Origin: Octopus bimaculoides
Lineage: Eukaryota
NCBI RefSeq assembly: GCF_001194135.2
Contig: NC_068990.1
Span: 65,735,845 to 65,799,844, forward strand
Length of the DNA stretch: 64,000 bases
Direction: 5' to 3'
In this document: positions 36,376 to 49,904 of the stretch, piece by piece
Position numbering within the stretch: the first letter of the stretch is position 1
Layout of the letters: every line of letters begins with the position of its first letter
Made by a program: the position numbers and the translations under genes
The notes under the pieces: model-generated
The model's database searches: none
What the model saw: the letters and a program-made list of their open reading frames with translations, nothing else
What the model was told of the DNA's origin: nothing

Positions 36376-37059
36376 TGTTCCATGCTTAACCTCTCAGCCG
36401 CAGGTGTGCACCCAATGAATAAATACTATGAAAGTGGTGCAGGTCATATGAATCATGGTATATAATGAAATCCATTGACAGACCCTACTAGTTAAAGCCT
36501 GCGAATAGGAGAGCAGAATGTGAAATAAATGAGTGACTACCATATAGGAAAAACTACCGAGCCCCACAAACCTTGAAATAGACTTCTGGTCCATTAAGTT
36601 AAGTAAGGCTAGTGAGAAGCGACACATCTAATACGGGGAAATAACTCTATCTCTCTAAGTAGAATTGACTCGCCTTTAAATAGCTCTTGAACCAGAATGT
36701 CCAAAAATCTATTTTGCATGAAAACCTGCACACTTATTTTGAAGTGGCTATAGCCATAAATGCATATGCCTGTACTGATTGGTTAACCTATATTCGTGTA
36801 GGTGTTAATACCTTATATGGCAACTCTCTCTTTTCCTTTTATAGAAATATATTTAGTGTTGACTGTAGAGCGAGAAAATCTGAGAGCTGTATTGAAACCT
36901 AGGCAGAGACTAGGGTATCAATATGTAAAATGAACTCCATCAGAAATATATCTTGAAGATGAATATGGAAATATTTAAGAAAATAATTAATTCAATAACT
37001 TATATAAGTTGTGGACATATCTAATCTAACTTAACAGAACCACGTAAATTAGTCTTTCA

Positions 37060-37385
37060 AGCCATGATTTAACACATCGTGACCCACTCAAGTAGGGAGT
37101 TATTTGCTGAGTTGTATCCAGGTGTCTGTGGGTTAATCTAGTATCTGGAGAAATGTTTCCAACATCTCTTTGAAAGTTTTTGGGTCCTTTATTTCTTATT
37201 TAAAAAAAACTGCTTTTTTCTTAACGTATATTTGTTTTAATTATTTACACCACAAGTTTTAAGGCATGATAGCCTCATCAATTAGGGAGTTATTTCATGA
37301 AATGCAATAATGTCTCGGTGGTTTATTTAGTACTTCATGGAGGAATTTCTCCAACTTCCATTTGAATTTTAAAATAATAAACCTT
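37060..37385 (-). mobile_element. CR1-like LINE 3'-end fragments (two short copies)
   Basis: The minus frame FKFKWKLEKFLHEVLNKP...NNSLID resembles the CR1 ORF2 terminus; TAGGGAGTTATTT occurs twice. Confidence 0.45.
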
Positions 37386-40300
37386 TACATTTCTGCCCGA
37401 TTAATTTTTATTTTAATTGAGGAATGGGAGGAAAATGGTTTTTCAACAAAATAGATATTTTTACTAGGTTTCACCGATATTCCATACAGGTTTTGCAATG
37501 GTAAAGATATCATCTACAATATACGTATATCTCTTATGCTCTTGAGCTTTCACCGGATGATCTTTGATGGTTGGTATTGGTTTATGTAAATAACGAACTT
37601 CGAAATGTGAAGAAGATTCAGGCAATACTGCGAATCAATGTGCGCGCGCGCGTGTGTGCGTCTGTGTATGTATATGTGTGGGTATGTATGCTGTGCGCGT
37701 GCACTTTTGTGTGTTCATTTGTATGTGTGTATGCGTGTGTGTGCGTGTATCTCTGTATCAGTGTACCGTACTCACAACATTGATCTCCGTTCGGCGAATA
37801 GAAATTTCCGAAAATCATCAGTTGAATTGAAATGTGATTTTAATTAATTACTTTGAGTGGAGCGAAAGTTCTTAATTAGGCGACACTTTGTAATTAATGG
37901 AATATANNNNNNNNNNNNNNNNNNNNNNNNNNNNNNNNNNNNNNNNNNNNNNNNNNNNNNNNNNNNNNNNNNNNNNNNNNNNNNNNNNNNNNNNNNNNNN
38001 NNNNNNNNNNNNNNNNNNNNNNNNNNNNNNNNNNNNNNNNNNNNNNNNNNNNNNNNNNNNNNNNNNNNNNNNNNNNNNNNNNNNNNNNNNNNNNNNNNNN
38101 NNNNNNNNNNNNNNNNNNNNNNNNNNNNNNNNNNNNNNNNNNNNNNNNNNNNNNNNNNNNNNNNNNNNNNNNNNNNNNNNNNNNNNNNNNNNNNNNNNNN
38201 NNNNNNNNNNNNNNNNNNNNNNNNNNNNNNNNNNNNNNNNNNNNNNNNNNNNNNNNNNNNNNNNNNNNNNNNNNNNNNNNNNNNNNNNNNNNNNNNNNNN
38301 NNNNNNNNNNNNNNNNNNNNNNNNNNNNNNNNNNNNNNNNNNNNNNNNNNNNNNNNNNNNNNNNNNNNNNNNNNNNNNNNNNNNNNNNNNNNNNNNTATA
38401 TATATATATATATATATGCGTATATAAGAATGTATATAGGTACATTAGTTTGAATGTTTCTATTTATTGCTTAAATGATACTCTAGACTCTAGTAATCTT
38501 GCTAGTATTTTAGACAGAGGTGGACAGTGATGGCAGCGGGATGACGGTTTTCTAAATACTTGTAGCTGTAGTCATGTTATCATTTAAGCAGACCAGGTCA
38601 GGTGTCATTGAGTAAACCTTATAATACTCGGATATTGGGATCGAATGAACTGTTCGAAACTAACAATCTTCTTTGAATCATAGGATAGTTTGCCTTAAGA
38701 TTTAATAACTGGAACATGTCTGTCTTATTTCAAAGAGATGACAGAGCGTGTTGGAATATCGCTAGTTTGAATCGTTGTTGTTGAAGATGGCGAGGTTGGC
38801 GATGCTGTGGCAGCATGAATTTTACTTTAACACAAATGAATTAAGAGAAGCAGCTCAGAGTGGTCAGTGGCATATATTTGACGCTTGGTTAGTTTGGCTG
38901 ATTTCTCCAGTCAAGCTTTACATCATATAGAGAGAAGCGGGAGAGAGTATAAGAAAGGTACCGAAAAAGAAAGAAAGACAGAGAGAAAGAAAGAGAGAGG
39001 GAAAGGGAGAGAAAGTTTACATAAGAGGAGCTGGATGAATGAAAGTAAAGAATAAGAGGAAGAAGAGGGAAAGGAATAAATGACAGAGTAGTGGGAGTTA
39101 TACAAATGAGAAAATTGTTTTAAATCTTGCTTTAATAAATATTTCTCTTTTGAAAATTAGTATTCATTCTATCATTTTGACTGAAATATCATCAATAAAA
39201 GAAATTATTGTATGCATGTCATATTTCCCGATATTACTCATGATGGCGAGTATACTTCTAAAAGTACCTGTCACATGATGGGTAACACCCAAATGAGTTA
39301 ATATGTGTCGGTGGGAGGAGAGAATCTTGCTGTGCGCTAAATGGAAGAACGCGGACTTTGGATAGTTTGTACCTGAATTCTTCAAAGACTTAGTGATCTG
39401 AGAGACAGTTCACGAAGTTTTAATGTTATTCTACAAGCAATTTAGAATGTTGTTTGCAAATGTGTAGCGTCGACAAATGGAGTCGAACGTTTTGCTGATC
39501 GAAATGGTACAGCTTGGACTTTTGTTAAAATAATCTTTGGGTAAAGTAGTCGATTAATCTACTGTTTGTTGGTCGTATTGTTGTTGCTGATTAGCTCTAA
39601 GTAAAATCTGATTGGTCAAACCTATGATCAAAGGCGTTCTAGCCATGACCTAGTGGATCGAAACCTGCATAGTCAAAAACATACCTTCCCCTTTTTTTAA
39701 AAAGGCAGTCAGGTGTGTTTGAGCGATATATAGTTATCATTTCTAGCAAATTGAGCGCCTGCACAAAGGTTTTCTAGATAACGGTCAACACGTTGCGATT
39801 TGGTGGTGTTGTTTAAACCAGGTTTAAAATAAAAAAAGGGACTGCGTTGAATTTTTAAGGGCTTGTATAGAAGCGTAGTGGATCTATAGAATATGAATTT
39901 TATAGGGGACTTTCAAGGTTTCAACATTGTGGTTGATTTATCTTTTCTCCTACTTCTTAGAGTTTAGTGATATTAATTTATTTAAATCAATATTGCTAAA
40001 CTCAATATTGCCACAGTTGTTGCTTAGGTCCGGGTCAATCCTGAGCCAACAGACCCTTTATTAAAGACGTTCCAGTTTTGACCATCTTGTTTTTCTTTGT
40101 TTCATTTCACTCATAGTGATTCTCAGACCTAATGCGTGTCATGTCTTTCACGATAATAGAATGTAATATGAGGTAGATTTAGTTTATATTTCTAACTGGT
40201 CAAACGGTCATACAGAAGCTTCCTCATTAGCATCATTGATCTTACCTATTACTCTCCATAATTTTTTACTGCCTGTTTTATGACTTATAAGCTACATTTC

Positions 40301-41299
40301 TATTATTTTCTATTTTGTTTCTTTGTTTTATTGCCTCATGCTGCCACGACAATCTGTTATGCTTGAAGTTTCCCCTACTTTACATTTTTGTTTTATATTA
40401 TCATATTTCAATCGCGAAAGCCAGGGCTGTATTTTCTTGGTTTCCGATATAGGATAGGGGCTTTGGATAATTTATCTTTCATCTTTTCTATTTTATTTGT
40501 TCTAGACATTGCACTGCGTTCACGCTGTATAACTGCCTTGAAGGGTTTAGTCAATAAATCAACCACACTTAGTTTTAAAACCTGGTACTTATTCTGTCCT
40601 TCGAACTCAGAGCGCTAATGGTTCTGCCAATCCCTCTTGAATGCATCTAAATGTTTTAAAGCTGTTTGCTTTGTAAAATATTTAATTATTTCTGTGTTTT
40701 CATTGTAATTACATATGTGTTGGTTTCATGTATTTTCGCTGTGTATTATATATCTTAGTTTATTGGTTGTTTTTTACATTTTGGACTGTTGTTTCGACGC
40801 TGCAGTACTGTTTTTAATGATGATGAAGGCAAGGTATTTGTCAGCTGTTGTGTATATTAAAACTTTTAGCAGATTTATAAAATTTAATGCTGTTAGGGTT
40901 GTTAACGAGATTAAGAGTTGCCTAACCAATTTTCTTTTAACTCATGAAACAACAGATGTGAAATACGTAATTTTCAAGTATAGGTCTCGAAGTAGGTAGA
41001 ACATTTCATGAACCACTCTTAGGACTGTGTTCGTATTGCTTCAGTGTATATATTTTCCTTTTACAGAGTATGTCTGTGAAGAGATTTTCTCTCAGACAAA
41101 CACCGCAGCATTATGCCTTTAAGCGTTAGTCTGGTGGATATTCTAATTTTAATTTATCTACTATTTATCTAGTTGATGTAAGGGCAATGTTTAGGGACAA
41201 CATGATGATAATACTGCTTTTGTCAGTGGTGCTTTCTGGGTTTACTAATTCTATATTCTTTTGATATGATTTTTTGCTAAACATGACTTGAGGTGATTG

Positions 41300-41800
41300 T
41301 AACGTGAGGGACTACAAAGAAGGAAAAGAAGAAGTTCAAATTTAGAAGATTTCGACTGACAGAAAGCTTAAAGAACTTAATGAAAATAGTTCAGAGGAAA
41401 GCAAGACAATAATAGGGAATCACAGAGAGCAGCAGTTCGAGCAAAGAAGCCATTAGAATAAAAGGCTTTAAAACTAACAAGATGCCCAACAAAGAAACGA
41501 TGCATTTTGGAAGAAAAGCAGGTGGCACGTTTAAAGGTCTTGGCGGAGGCTACTAGACTAGACAGTTCATCAATGACCATGAAAATACTTATATGGAAAA
41601 GACATAACAGATACATTTCGAGAATGAGTGCAAAACTCCATCCTAGTAGAAAGATGACCCATCATGTTAAGAACTCGACACTGATATTCGGTCAAGCACC
41701 AGCCTAAAGATGACAGCAATAGTCAACGCAGAGTCGAACAGTGGCTATATAGAGATACAAGATATTCTTAGGGGTAAAGAAATTTGCGAGCATGGAAGCG
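41300..41800 (+). mobile_element. possible R4/Dong ORF remnant (region upstream of RT)
   Basis: A stop-riddled frame reads HREQQFEQRSH*NKRL*N*Q...DAFWKKSRW, resembling the R4 QY.QN.LF..NQ...FW..IW pattern. Confidence 0.4.
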
Positions 41801-42737
41801 AGATCTTACTTTCTTTTCTGGCAAAATTTAAAACGGAATAAATTCTTTAGTAATTTCAGAATCACACCACGACGTCCACAACCATCACCACCATCACAAC
41901 GACGATGGCGATCACAATAACCTGTCTGCACTGCTACCTCATCGTTTTTCCCCTCACCATCTTCTTCTTTAGTAATGTCAGCAATAATAACACGAGCAAC
42001 CACGATAAGAATCACAATAACAAGAGCAACGATGTTATCAACTACACCGAGAACACACTAGACGGCAAAAATAATAGCAAAATTACTAACAACATCATCA
42101 TAGTCAACAGCAACAATGTCAATGACACAAGCAACAAAAATATCAATACGAAAAATTACCTCCAAATTATGATTGGTTTTGGCATGTGTAAAACTCTGGC
42201 GGTGGCCTAGTTTGGTTGTGGCAGGTACGGTATTTAGGAAGCAATGAGCGTGAAATACGATTGCTGCTTTCTTGGATAAATAAGAAGAAATTGATGAGGC
42301 ATGACGGACAAGGAAACCACGCATACATGCACACACAGAAATATGGAAACTGTTTTATTGCTTGATCAGAATGATAGAATAGCGTGTTTAATATAGAGGA
42401 ACGTAGAATTTGATGGTTGATAAACTGTTGATACAAAACATGGTGATTCTATTGCACATGTTGCGATGATATAGGTTAAAAGCATGCCACAAAAAAAAAA
42501 AAAAGAAAATGGGGGAGGGATTTGTTGATTGGTAGCTTCACGCGAGGATTAACGTACAGATAAAAGTACATCTGTCAAACCAAACGGTGTTAGACCATGA
42601 AAGTTCATAGATCATACACTGATGCTGAAGTGGAAGTTCAATATTGCAATTTGCGTTGAGCTGGCCGAATGGGTTTAGCACGAGCTGACGTTAGATCCAA
42701 ACCAGGTGGGCTGGTTTAAATCATTGTTTTAAATCAT

Positions 42738-42900
42738 TGGACTGCGGCCATACTGGAGCAAAACCTTAAAGGCTTCAGTCGAACATGTCGATCGGAGTAC
42801 TTATTTTTTTTTAATAGTCTGTCACTTATTCTATTAAACTCTTTTGCCGAACCGCTAGGTAACGGGATCGTAAAGAAACCAGCTCTGGCTGTCGAGTGGA
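42738..42900 (-). mobile_element. SINE family C, 3' tail
   Basis: GACTGCGGCCATACTGGAGCA...AGTCGAAC...CTTATTCTAT...CTCTTTTGCCGAACCGCTAGGTAACGGG. Confidence 0.82.
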
Positions 42901-43395
42901 GGAGAAACAAAAACACACAGACACACAGCTATATAGATGCCCACTCACACATACATATGTATATATACATTTATATATATATGTATATTATATAAATATA
43001 AATATATATATAATATATATATATTATATAAATATATATATATATGTACATTATATAAATATATATATATGCATATTATATATATATATATATNNNNNNN
43101 NNNNNNNNNNNNNNNNNNNNNNNNNNNNNNNNNNNNNNNNNNNNNNNNNNNNNNNNNNNNNNNNNNNNNNNNNNNNNNNNNNNNNNNNNNNNNNNNNNNN
43201 NNNNNNNNNNNNNNNNNNNNNNNNNNNNNNNNNNNNNNNNNNNNNNNNNNNNNNNNNNNNNNNNNNNNNNNNNNNNNNNNNNNNNNNNNNNNNNNNNNNN
43301 NNNNNNNNNNNNNNNNNNNNNNNNNNNNNNNNNNNNNNNNNNNNNNNNNNNNNNNNNNNNNNNNNNNNNNNNNNNNNNNNNNNNNNNNNNNNNNN

Positions 43396-43430
<35 letters not shown>

Positions 43431-44109
43431 TGAAGTATATTTGCGACTTAAATGTGGCTGACCCCTAAGGGTGGATGTTACTGTTGCTTTTAGCCCCAGG
43501 AGAACATCTCCTCCAGCTGGCTATCGACACACATCTGTGTCCTGTCTGTATTTGCAAAGGGAAGTCATCCTTCCCATCTTGATCTGCGATACGTACGGAC
43601 TCGAGTTTCTGGGTATTTTCCCGTCCTCAGCGTACGATAATCGCCGACCTTCGATGGTATGAAAAGAAACTAGGTATTCCCACTTCAAAATTCTTTGCTC
43701 TGAGTGAAGAATCAGACTGCATTTCTAATAGTTCCATCTACAGGCTTTCTTCTGCTTTAGCAACATCATAGGTGAATGGTGCTGAAAATAATGCAAATGG
43801 ATGTTCAAAAGATGAGAAATCTTCAAAATGTTAAAAAAATCGCGAAATCTTTTTACCTGAAATTCCTTTGACAACAATTCAAGGTGACTGCCATACTTGG
43901 CAAAGTTAAGTACAGACTTAGTATTAGCACTTTTGTTCAGCTCTTTACACTTAGGAAAATGATCTAAATGTTCATTTCATAACTGAGACTTCCATAAGCT
44001 TTATTTTGTAATGAAGCACTTGATGTCACCATACAACTGAATGATGGGTTTGTTTTTAACTCGTAATTTCAAATTGAGATCAGTTAATTGTGCACTAATG
44101 TCCACAGCA

Positions 44110-44347
44110 GGCGCGTGGCTTAGTGATTAGGGTGTCAGCATCATGATTGTAAGATTGAGGTTTCGATTCCTGGACCGGGCGACACGTTGTGTTCTTGAGC
44201 AAAACACTTCATTTCACGTTGCTCCAGTCCACTCAGCTGGCAAAAGTGAGCAACGCTGCGATGGACTGGCGTCTCGTCCAGCTGGGGAACACATACGCCA
44301 TTGCAACCGGGCCCATGAGCGTGGCTAGGCTTTAAAAGGGCGAAAAA
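44110..44347 (+). mobile_element. SINE family B inserted in the hAT transposase, with 13-bp TSD
   Basis: GGCGCGTGGCTTAGTGATTAG...GTTTCGATTCC...TTCTTGAGCAAAACACTTCATTTCACGTTGCTCCAGTCCACTCAGCTGG; AATGTCCACAGCA is duplicated at 44097-44109 and 44348-44360. Confidence 0.93.
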
Positions 44348-45022
44348 AATGTCCACAGCAAAAAAGCCAGATCCTGGAGCCAACTCTCATCTTTCATTTC
44401 ATCTGTGTTTTGACTCTTCATCTCGAAAAAAATAATTATTTCTTGTCTCAACAAATAAAATCTTCATTATTTACATAATAATAATGTATATAATTCCACA
44501 TATCTTAAATATAGAACTGAAATTAAATCTTTTCAGCACTTTGTGGCATAACAACCAGCGGACCTTTTTGTTGAATGGAACATCGGTGAACTGATTGTCC
44601 ATATCTTCCAACAGCTGGCTGAAATGACGGTGGTTGAAAGCAGGGCATCTTATACAGTTCACTGTTTTGTGACCAAACTAAGCACATGATTCAAATTTAA
44701 AATCTTTGAACACAAATTTTGCTGATGAATAATTCAATGAAAATCTGCGAATGATGAATCCGGATGCAAATTGTCTATTTTCGTTAGTAACTTGGTAGTA
44801 ACACCATGTCTGCCAACCATATTCGCAACACCATCGGTAGATAAGAATGAAAGCTTACTCAAATCAAAACCATAGTCATGCAGAACCTGTTCGACTTTCT
44901 CAGAGATGTCTTGGCTTGTTGTAATGTTATCCATTGAAATCAGTTAAATCAGTTCTTCATAAATATTAAATTCACTGTCACAGGCCTTGGTGAAGAGCGC
45001 AAGTTGTGCTATTCCAGTGATG

Positions 45023-45119
45023 GCAACAGTCTCATCAATACCAACAGTCTCATCAATAGCAACAGTCTCATCAATAGCAACAGTCTCATCAATAGCAACA
45101 GTCTCATCAATAGCAACAG
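45023..45119. repeat. 18-bp tandem repeat x5.3 inside the hAT transposase
   Basis: CAACAGTCTCATCAATAG units; on the minus strand they encode VAIDET repeated in frame. Confidence 0.95.
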
Positions 45120-46129
45120 AAAAATGTTCAAATCTTGATGATGCCTCTTTCAGCTGTTGTTTCAAATCACCTGACATTTCATCAGTCTGTTCAGCAACAG
45201 TGTTCTTGGTTAATGAAATATCTTTGAATAAGTGTGCTTTCTCTGGACACACAATCTCAATCGTCTTTACAAGGCATTGCTTTACGAAATCTCCTTCACT
45301 GTAATCTCCTTCATAGCGATCATTCATAGCTGGCAGTAACGGAAGCGACAATCCTTTTCTGGTTCTTCGTAAAACAGGTCCGTTGCTGTGTCAAGTTAGC
45401 CTTCAATTCCTTTAGTCTTGAAACATGTATTGGACCTTCATATCTGTCGTAAGATCGATGGTTCGTTTCACAATGTCTTTTCAAGTAGTACTCTTTCGGC
45501 GTGGCAATGCTGTTGTTGCAAATTAAACAATATATCTTTCCATTCACCGTTGTGAAAAGATACCGTAATTCCCATTTTTCTTCAAACACTCGCCCTTCTT
45601 CGTTCAGTTTCCTTTTTCTCTTAGCTGAAGGAGCACTAGCCATTTTAAAGACGAAATAGAATTGTAAGTTTACTCACCAGAAATTTGTAGTGCTACTCAC
45701 TGGAAATGCAGCGCGCTGGGGCAGGAATCTCAGGATTCATGCAATGCAGGGCTTGAATGCGCTCTCTTAACTTCGTCCACCAGATGAGAATTTAACGAAT
45801 GACGAAGGGAAGAAAGGAAAATCGACTCGTATGAACGTTGACAGGTACATTCCGTCATATGCAACCATCTGTATCATTTGATGTACGAAACATGTGGAGC
45901 TGCAGATTAGCCAATTGCTGGCTCGCTGATGGGAAATTCCGCTAATCTGGGCCTCTGAGTAATTGTATAACTTTCTTCCTGCCTGTAATCAAACCTAGAT
46001 CTGAGGACGCCAATGCGTTCGGAGGGAAGGGGCAGCCGTCTGTGCGGGCCGCATGTTTAACATGCCTGCAGTAAGGCATCTTGTTTCTCCTTCAAATAGT
46101 TCGGCTAACCTACCACTTTGAATTGATAT

Positions 46130-46263
46130 TTTTAATGGATCCTAAAAGGATGAAAGGCAAAGGTGACCCCAGCGAGATTTGAACCCACAGTATCAAAAAG
46201 TCGGAACAAATAACGCGAGGTATTTCTGCCCAGCGCTCAAGCGATTCTGCCATTTCGTTGCCG
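46130..46263 (-). mobile_element. SINE family A, 5' part
   Basis: AAAGGATGAAAGGCAAAGGTGACC...GAGATTTGAACCCA...AGCGATTCTGCCATTTCGTTGCC. Confidence 0.78.
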
Positions 46264-47684
46264 AGGATCTGAACATAAAAGATCATGATTGCAGCAGAGT
46301 AACTTTGGGTATTAGTTCGTAAAAATGTTATATTTGATTGGCAGCTCCAATGAAAGGGTGAGAATGACCTCTCGTCTATATTTACTATGAAACAGGGGCT
46401 AAGAGCCAGTAATAGAATAGCCTTTTGAGACTGGAAGTATTAAGTATATTTTCATATTTAATTTAAGTACATGTTTGGAAGGGTGGAGGGATGTTCAGCG
46501 GGTGAGTTGACAGACTAACAGGTTGATAGATTGTGGGATAAGGTGTATGTAGAAAGTTGTTCGGCTGGTAGCTGGATTAGGAAGGGATGGGAAGATGGGA
46601 AATTGATGGATGGATGGGCAAATGAAGTGTAAGATGGATGGGTAGGGGAATGAGTTGACGGGCAGATTAATATATCGGTTGGCCGACAGTTGAAGAGATT
46701 GATAGATTGGTTTGTACCCAGGGTGGAAGGGGAGATTAGAAGATGGATACGTGAGATGGAAGGACGTGTAGGGGGATAAATAGATATATCAATATCAAGA
46801 TAGGGAGAGAGAACTGATGGAATGAAATGAATGATGGATAAAGAAAAAAGAACTAAAATTGGATGGGCAGAGCGAGTTGAAAGGAAATCAAGATATTTTA
46901 TACAGGAAAAAAAAAATGAAGTCCCCCCACACCAAGAAAATAAGCAGAAAAAATAGATAAAAAATGTGTTATCGGGAAAGAAAAGAGAAATTAAGAAAGA
47001 TGGAAAACAGGAGGGTAAATATATATATATATATATATACATATATATAAAAAGGAAATGAGAGTTTTGGTGAATAATAGAACGGTAGATGTAAAGAGAC
47101 AGTGTGCGGAGGGAGTAAATGTAAAATGTAAAATGAAACTAAAAAAGATTATCAAGTATTAAATGATAGATTACATAAGAGGAATAGATGCGCACACCCA
47201 TGTATGAGCGTGTCCGTATATGTATAGGTGCATGTATATAGATATGTATGTACACATGTATGTATATACGTATGTGCCTCTATATGTATGTATATATGAA
47301 CGCATACAGACTTGTATTTATGTATGTATAGATATAAGTAAGAATGATTGTTGTTATTATATGTATGAATGTATACACGTGTTTTGGGTTAAAAAAAAAA
47401 GAAAAGAAAAAGCACCTGATATTTGTTGTAAAATTTTTTATTTGTTATAAAAAAAAAAATTTTATACATCGTGGCAGAGACTCAAAGTAGGAACAGATCT
47501 TTGTATAAATATATCTAACAGTGTAGTTAAGACAGTCGTAGCACAAGTACAATGTTCCGGTTTCCAGCCATCTCTGTGTGACACCTTGGATACTACTAAA
47601 CTCTGGGTTGATCAATACATTGGAAGTAGAATCATATACACATACATACATATACATACATACATACATACATACATACACACA

Positions 47685-47730
<46 letters not shown>

Positions 47731-47887
47731 CACATATATATATATATACACACATATATATATACACACTCACATATATATATATACACACACATATATA
47801 TATATACATATATATATGCATATATATATATATACATATATATATGCACACACATATATACACGCATATATATACTCACACATATAC

Positions 47888-47934
<47 letters not shown>

Positions 47935-47983
47935 TAGATAGATAGATAGATAGATAGATATACTCATATATATACACACACAC

Positions 47984-48052
<69 letters not shown>

Positions 48053-48054
<2 letters not shown>

Positions 48055-48198
48055 CGCAGGCGTGGCTGTGTGGGAAGAAGCTTGCTTCCCAACCACGTGG
48101 TTTCGGGTTCAGTCCTACTGCGTCTCACCTTGGGCAGCTGTCATCTACTATAGCCTTGTGAGTGGACTTGGTAGACAGAAATTGAAAAAGGCCTGTCC
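48053..48198 (+). mobile_element. tRNA-derived SINE, family C head
   Basis: GGCGCAGGCGTGGCTGTGTGG (A box)...GGTTTCGGGTTCAGTCC (B box)...CACCTTGGGCAG...CTACTATAGCC...GTGAGTGGA-TTGGTAGAC-GAAA; follows a (TA)n run. Confidence 0.85.
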
Positions 48199-49304
48199 TA
48201 TATATATGCGTATATATTTATGAATGTGTATATATATATATATGTACATTTGTGTGTGTATCTAAAATTAGACACAAACTATGAAAGTAGATTATAGATG
48301 GAAACATTAAGTATCCCTCATAAACTGTCATAAACAATAAATATTCCCCATGAACTGTCATAAACTGTCTAACTATGGATTTTCGCAGTTTCGAAGACTT
48401 TGGAGAGAATCACTGGTCTGGGGCGTCAATGATACTGTTGTTATGGAAATACTACTGTTGAGTTGAGACAAAAGAAACACAAGAATGTACAGACATGTCT
48501 TAGCTTTCAGGGACAGGCAAAACATGAAGAATATGAAAATACAGTGGAGGCATAAAAAAGTATATAGCTCAGTCATAACCAGTAGGACAGAGAAAATGTA
48601 AAGATCATGAAGAAAATATATAGCTAAGGCTTAATGATTTGAGCTGAAAAATATTTTTTTAAACAAGTTCGTGTAAGTTTGTGTGGATATTTATATATTA
48701 CTGCTCAAGACAATTTATCGTATAATTTTGGTTCAAAACAAACTTCATGTCCCGTCTGTGAGGAACTACATTTTCATGTTTTTCTTCTACTTCTTTCCCT
48801 TCAATTTTCTTCCCTTCTCACTTTTCTTTCATTTTTCTCCTTCGATTTTTCTCCAAACATTTTATTAATCGAACAGATTGGCCCCTGTATCTATTTTAAA
48901 GTCCGGTATATATTAAATTTTTGTTATACCGTTATGTTACAGAACTTAATCAAATCGACTCTGGTTGTCAAACGATGGGTTGGGGACCAAGGAAGGGTTG
49001 CACTCAGTCGAACAAGTTCACTCACAACGTTTCGTTGGTCGGCCCAGGTCTCCAGTAGAGGTCACTTGTCCAAGGTGATGCGCTAGATGTTAACAAGTGG
49101 GCTTCTGAACTACACACTCGTGTCTGTGCCTGTTATCTGTATATAATTGAACAAAAAAGATATCTAGATCTTCTTACTTATATCTCTTTCACTATGTATT
49201 TCTCTGGACACTTTTCAGATCAGTTCCAAACGCACACATACAGAGCCCTGCCCCCGCTGCATATGAGTGACGTCTGTGTATGAATGCATGTATATATATA
49301 TATC

Positions 49305-49335
<31 letters not shown>

Positions 49336-49579
49336 AAGTTAAAAATAATGATCATTACATATTTTTTCCTTTATTTGAGCAAATTTGACTTACAGCTGTT
49401 TCCAGTAGTCATTACTGATAAGTTTACTTAATTGATCAATAGACATTGATCAATTACTAACAGAGAGCTTATGAAGTATTTTTCCCGGTTTGATAGTCCC
49501 TCACTATTAGTTCGCTTCCTCTCTCTCTCTCTCTCTCTCTCTCGCTCTACATACATACATACATACATACATACATACT

Positions 49580-49611
<32 letters not shown>

Positions 49612-49904
49612 TATTGAAGACTATCTTCAGTGCTGGCTCTAAATTTAGGCGGTTATAACACAAAAAAGACACAGTATTGACATATAAACCATTAATATAC
49701 ATAATAATATAATTTGCTGGCAAAACGAAATACGGTATCCTTACCGGTGTGTGTATGCGTGTGTGTGTGAGTGTGTATGTGTGTGAGTGTGTCTGTGTCA
49801 TAACCAGTCATGTATAAACTTAACAAAATTAATATAACTTAGTGTAACGTGACCTTTATTCAATATAAAAGGATAAAAGATATTTCCCGAGTCATTTCGA
49901 CTCA

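Larger units (their letters stand above)
43672..46068 (-). mobile_element. hAT (Buster/SPIN, GTF2IRD2-like) DNA transposon, decayed transposase with left terminus
   Basis: Minus ORFs read KRKLNEEGRVFEEKWELRYLF...CLICN...KEYYLKRHCETNH (BED finger), SEGDFVKQCL...FSVAIDET...AQL, STDGVANMVG and VRWL..HKVLKRF, followed by WLQDLAF and MELLEMQSD. The terminus CAGGCATGTTAAACATGCGGCCCGC lies at 46068. Confidence 0.93.

Noticed and set aside
37770-37830. CTGATGA...CCGAA motif on the minus strand
   Set aside because: Stem II is not closed next to the core and there is no stem III or UH; too degenerate to call.
39200-39480. Possible RTE C-terminal zinc-finger remnant (CDRYF RS...)
   Set aside because: The similarity needs frameshifts and is too weak to support as a feature.
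43450-43670. GC-richer segment I recall as an octopus interspersed repeat
   Set aside because: It is single copy in this window and has no diagnostic motif, so it cannot be supported from the sequence alone.
48380-48600. Acceptor-like TTTTCGCAG followed by FRRLWRESLVWG... frame (GPCR-like?)
   Set aside because: In-frame stop after 25 codons, no donor, and no diagnostic motif.
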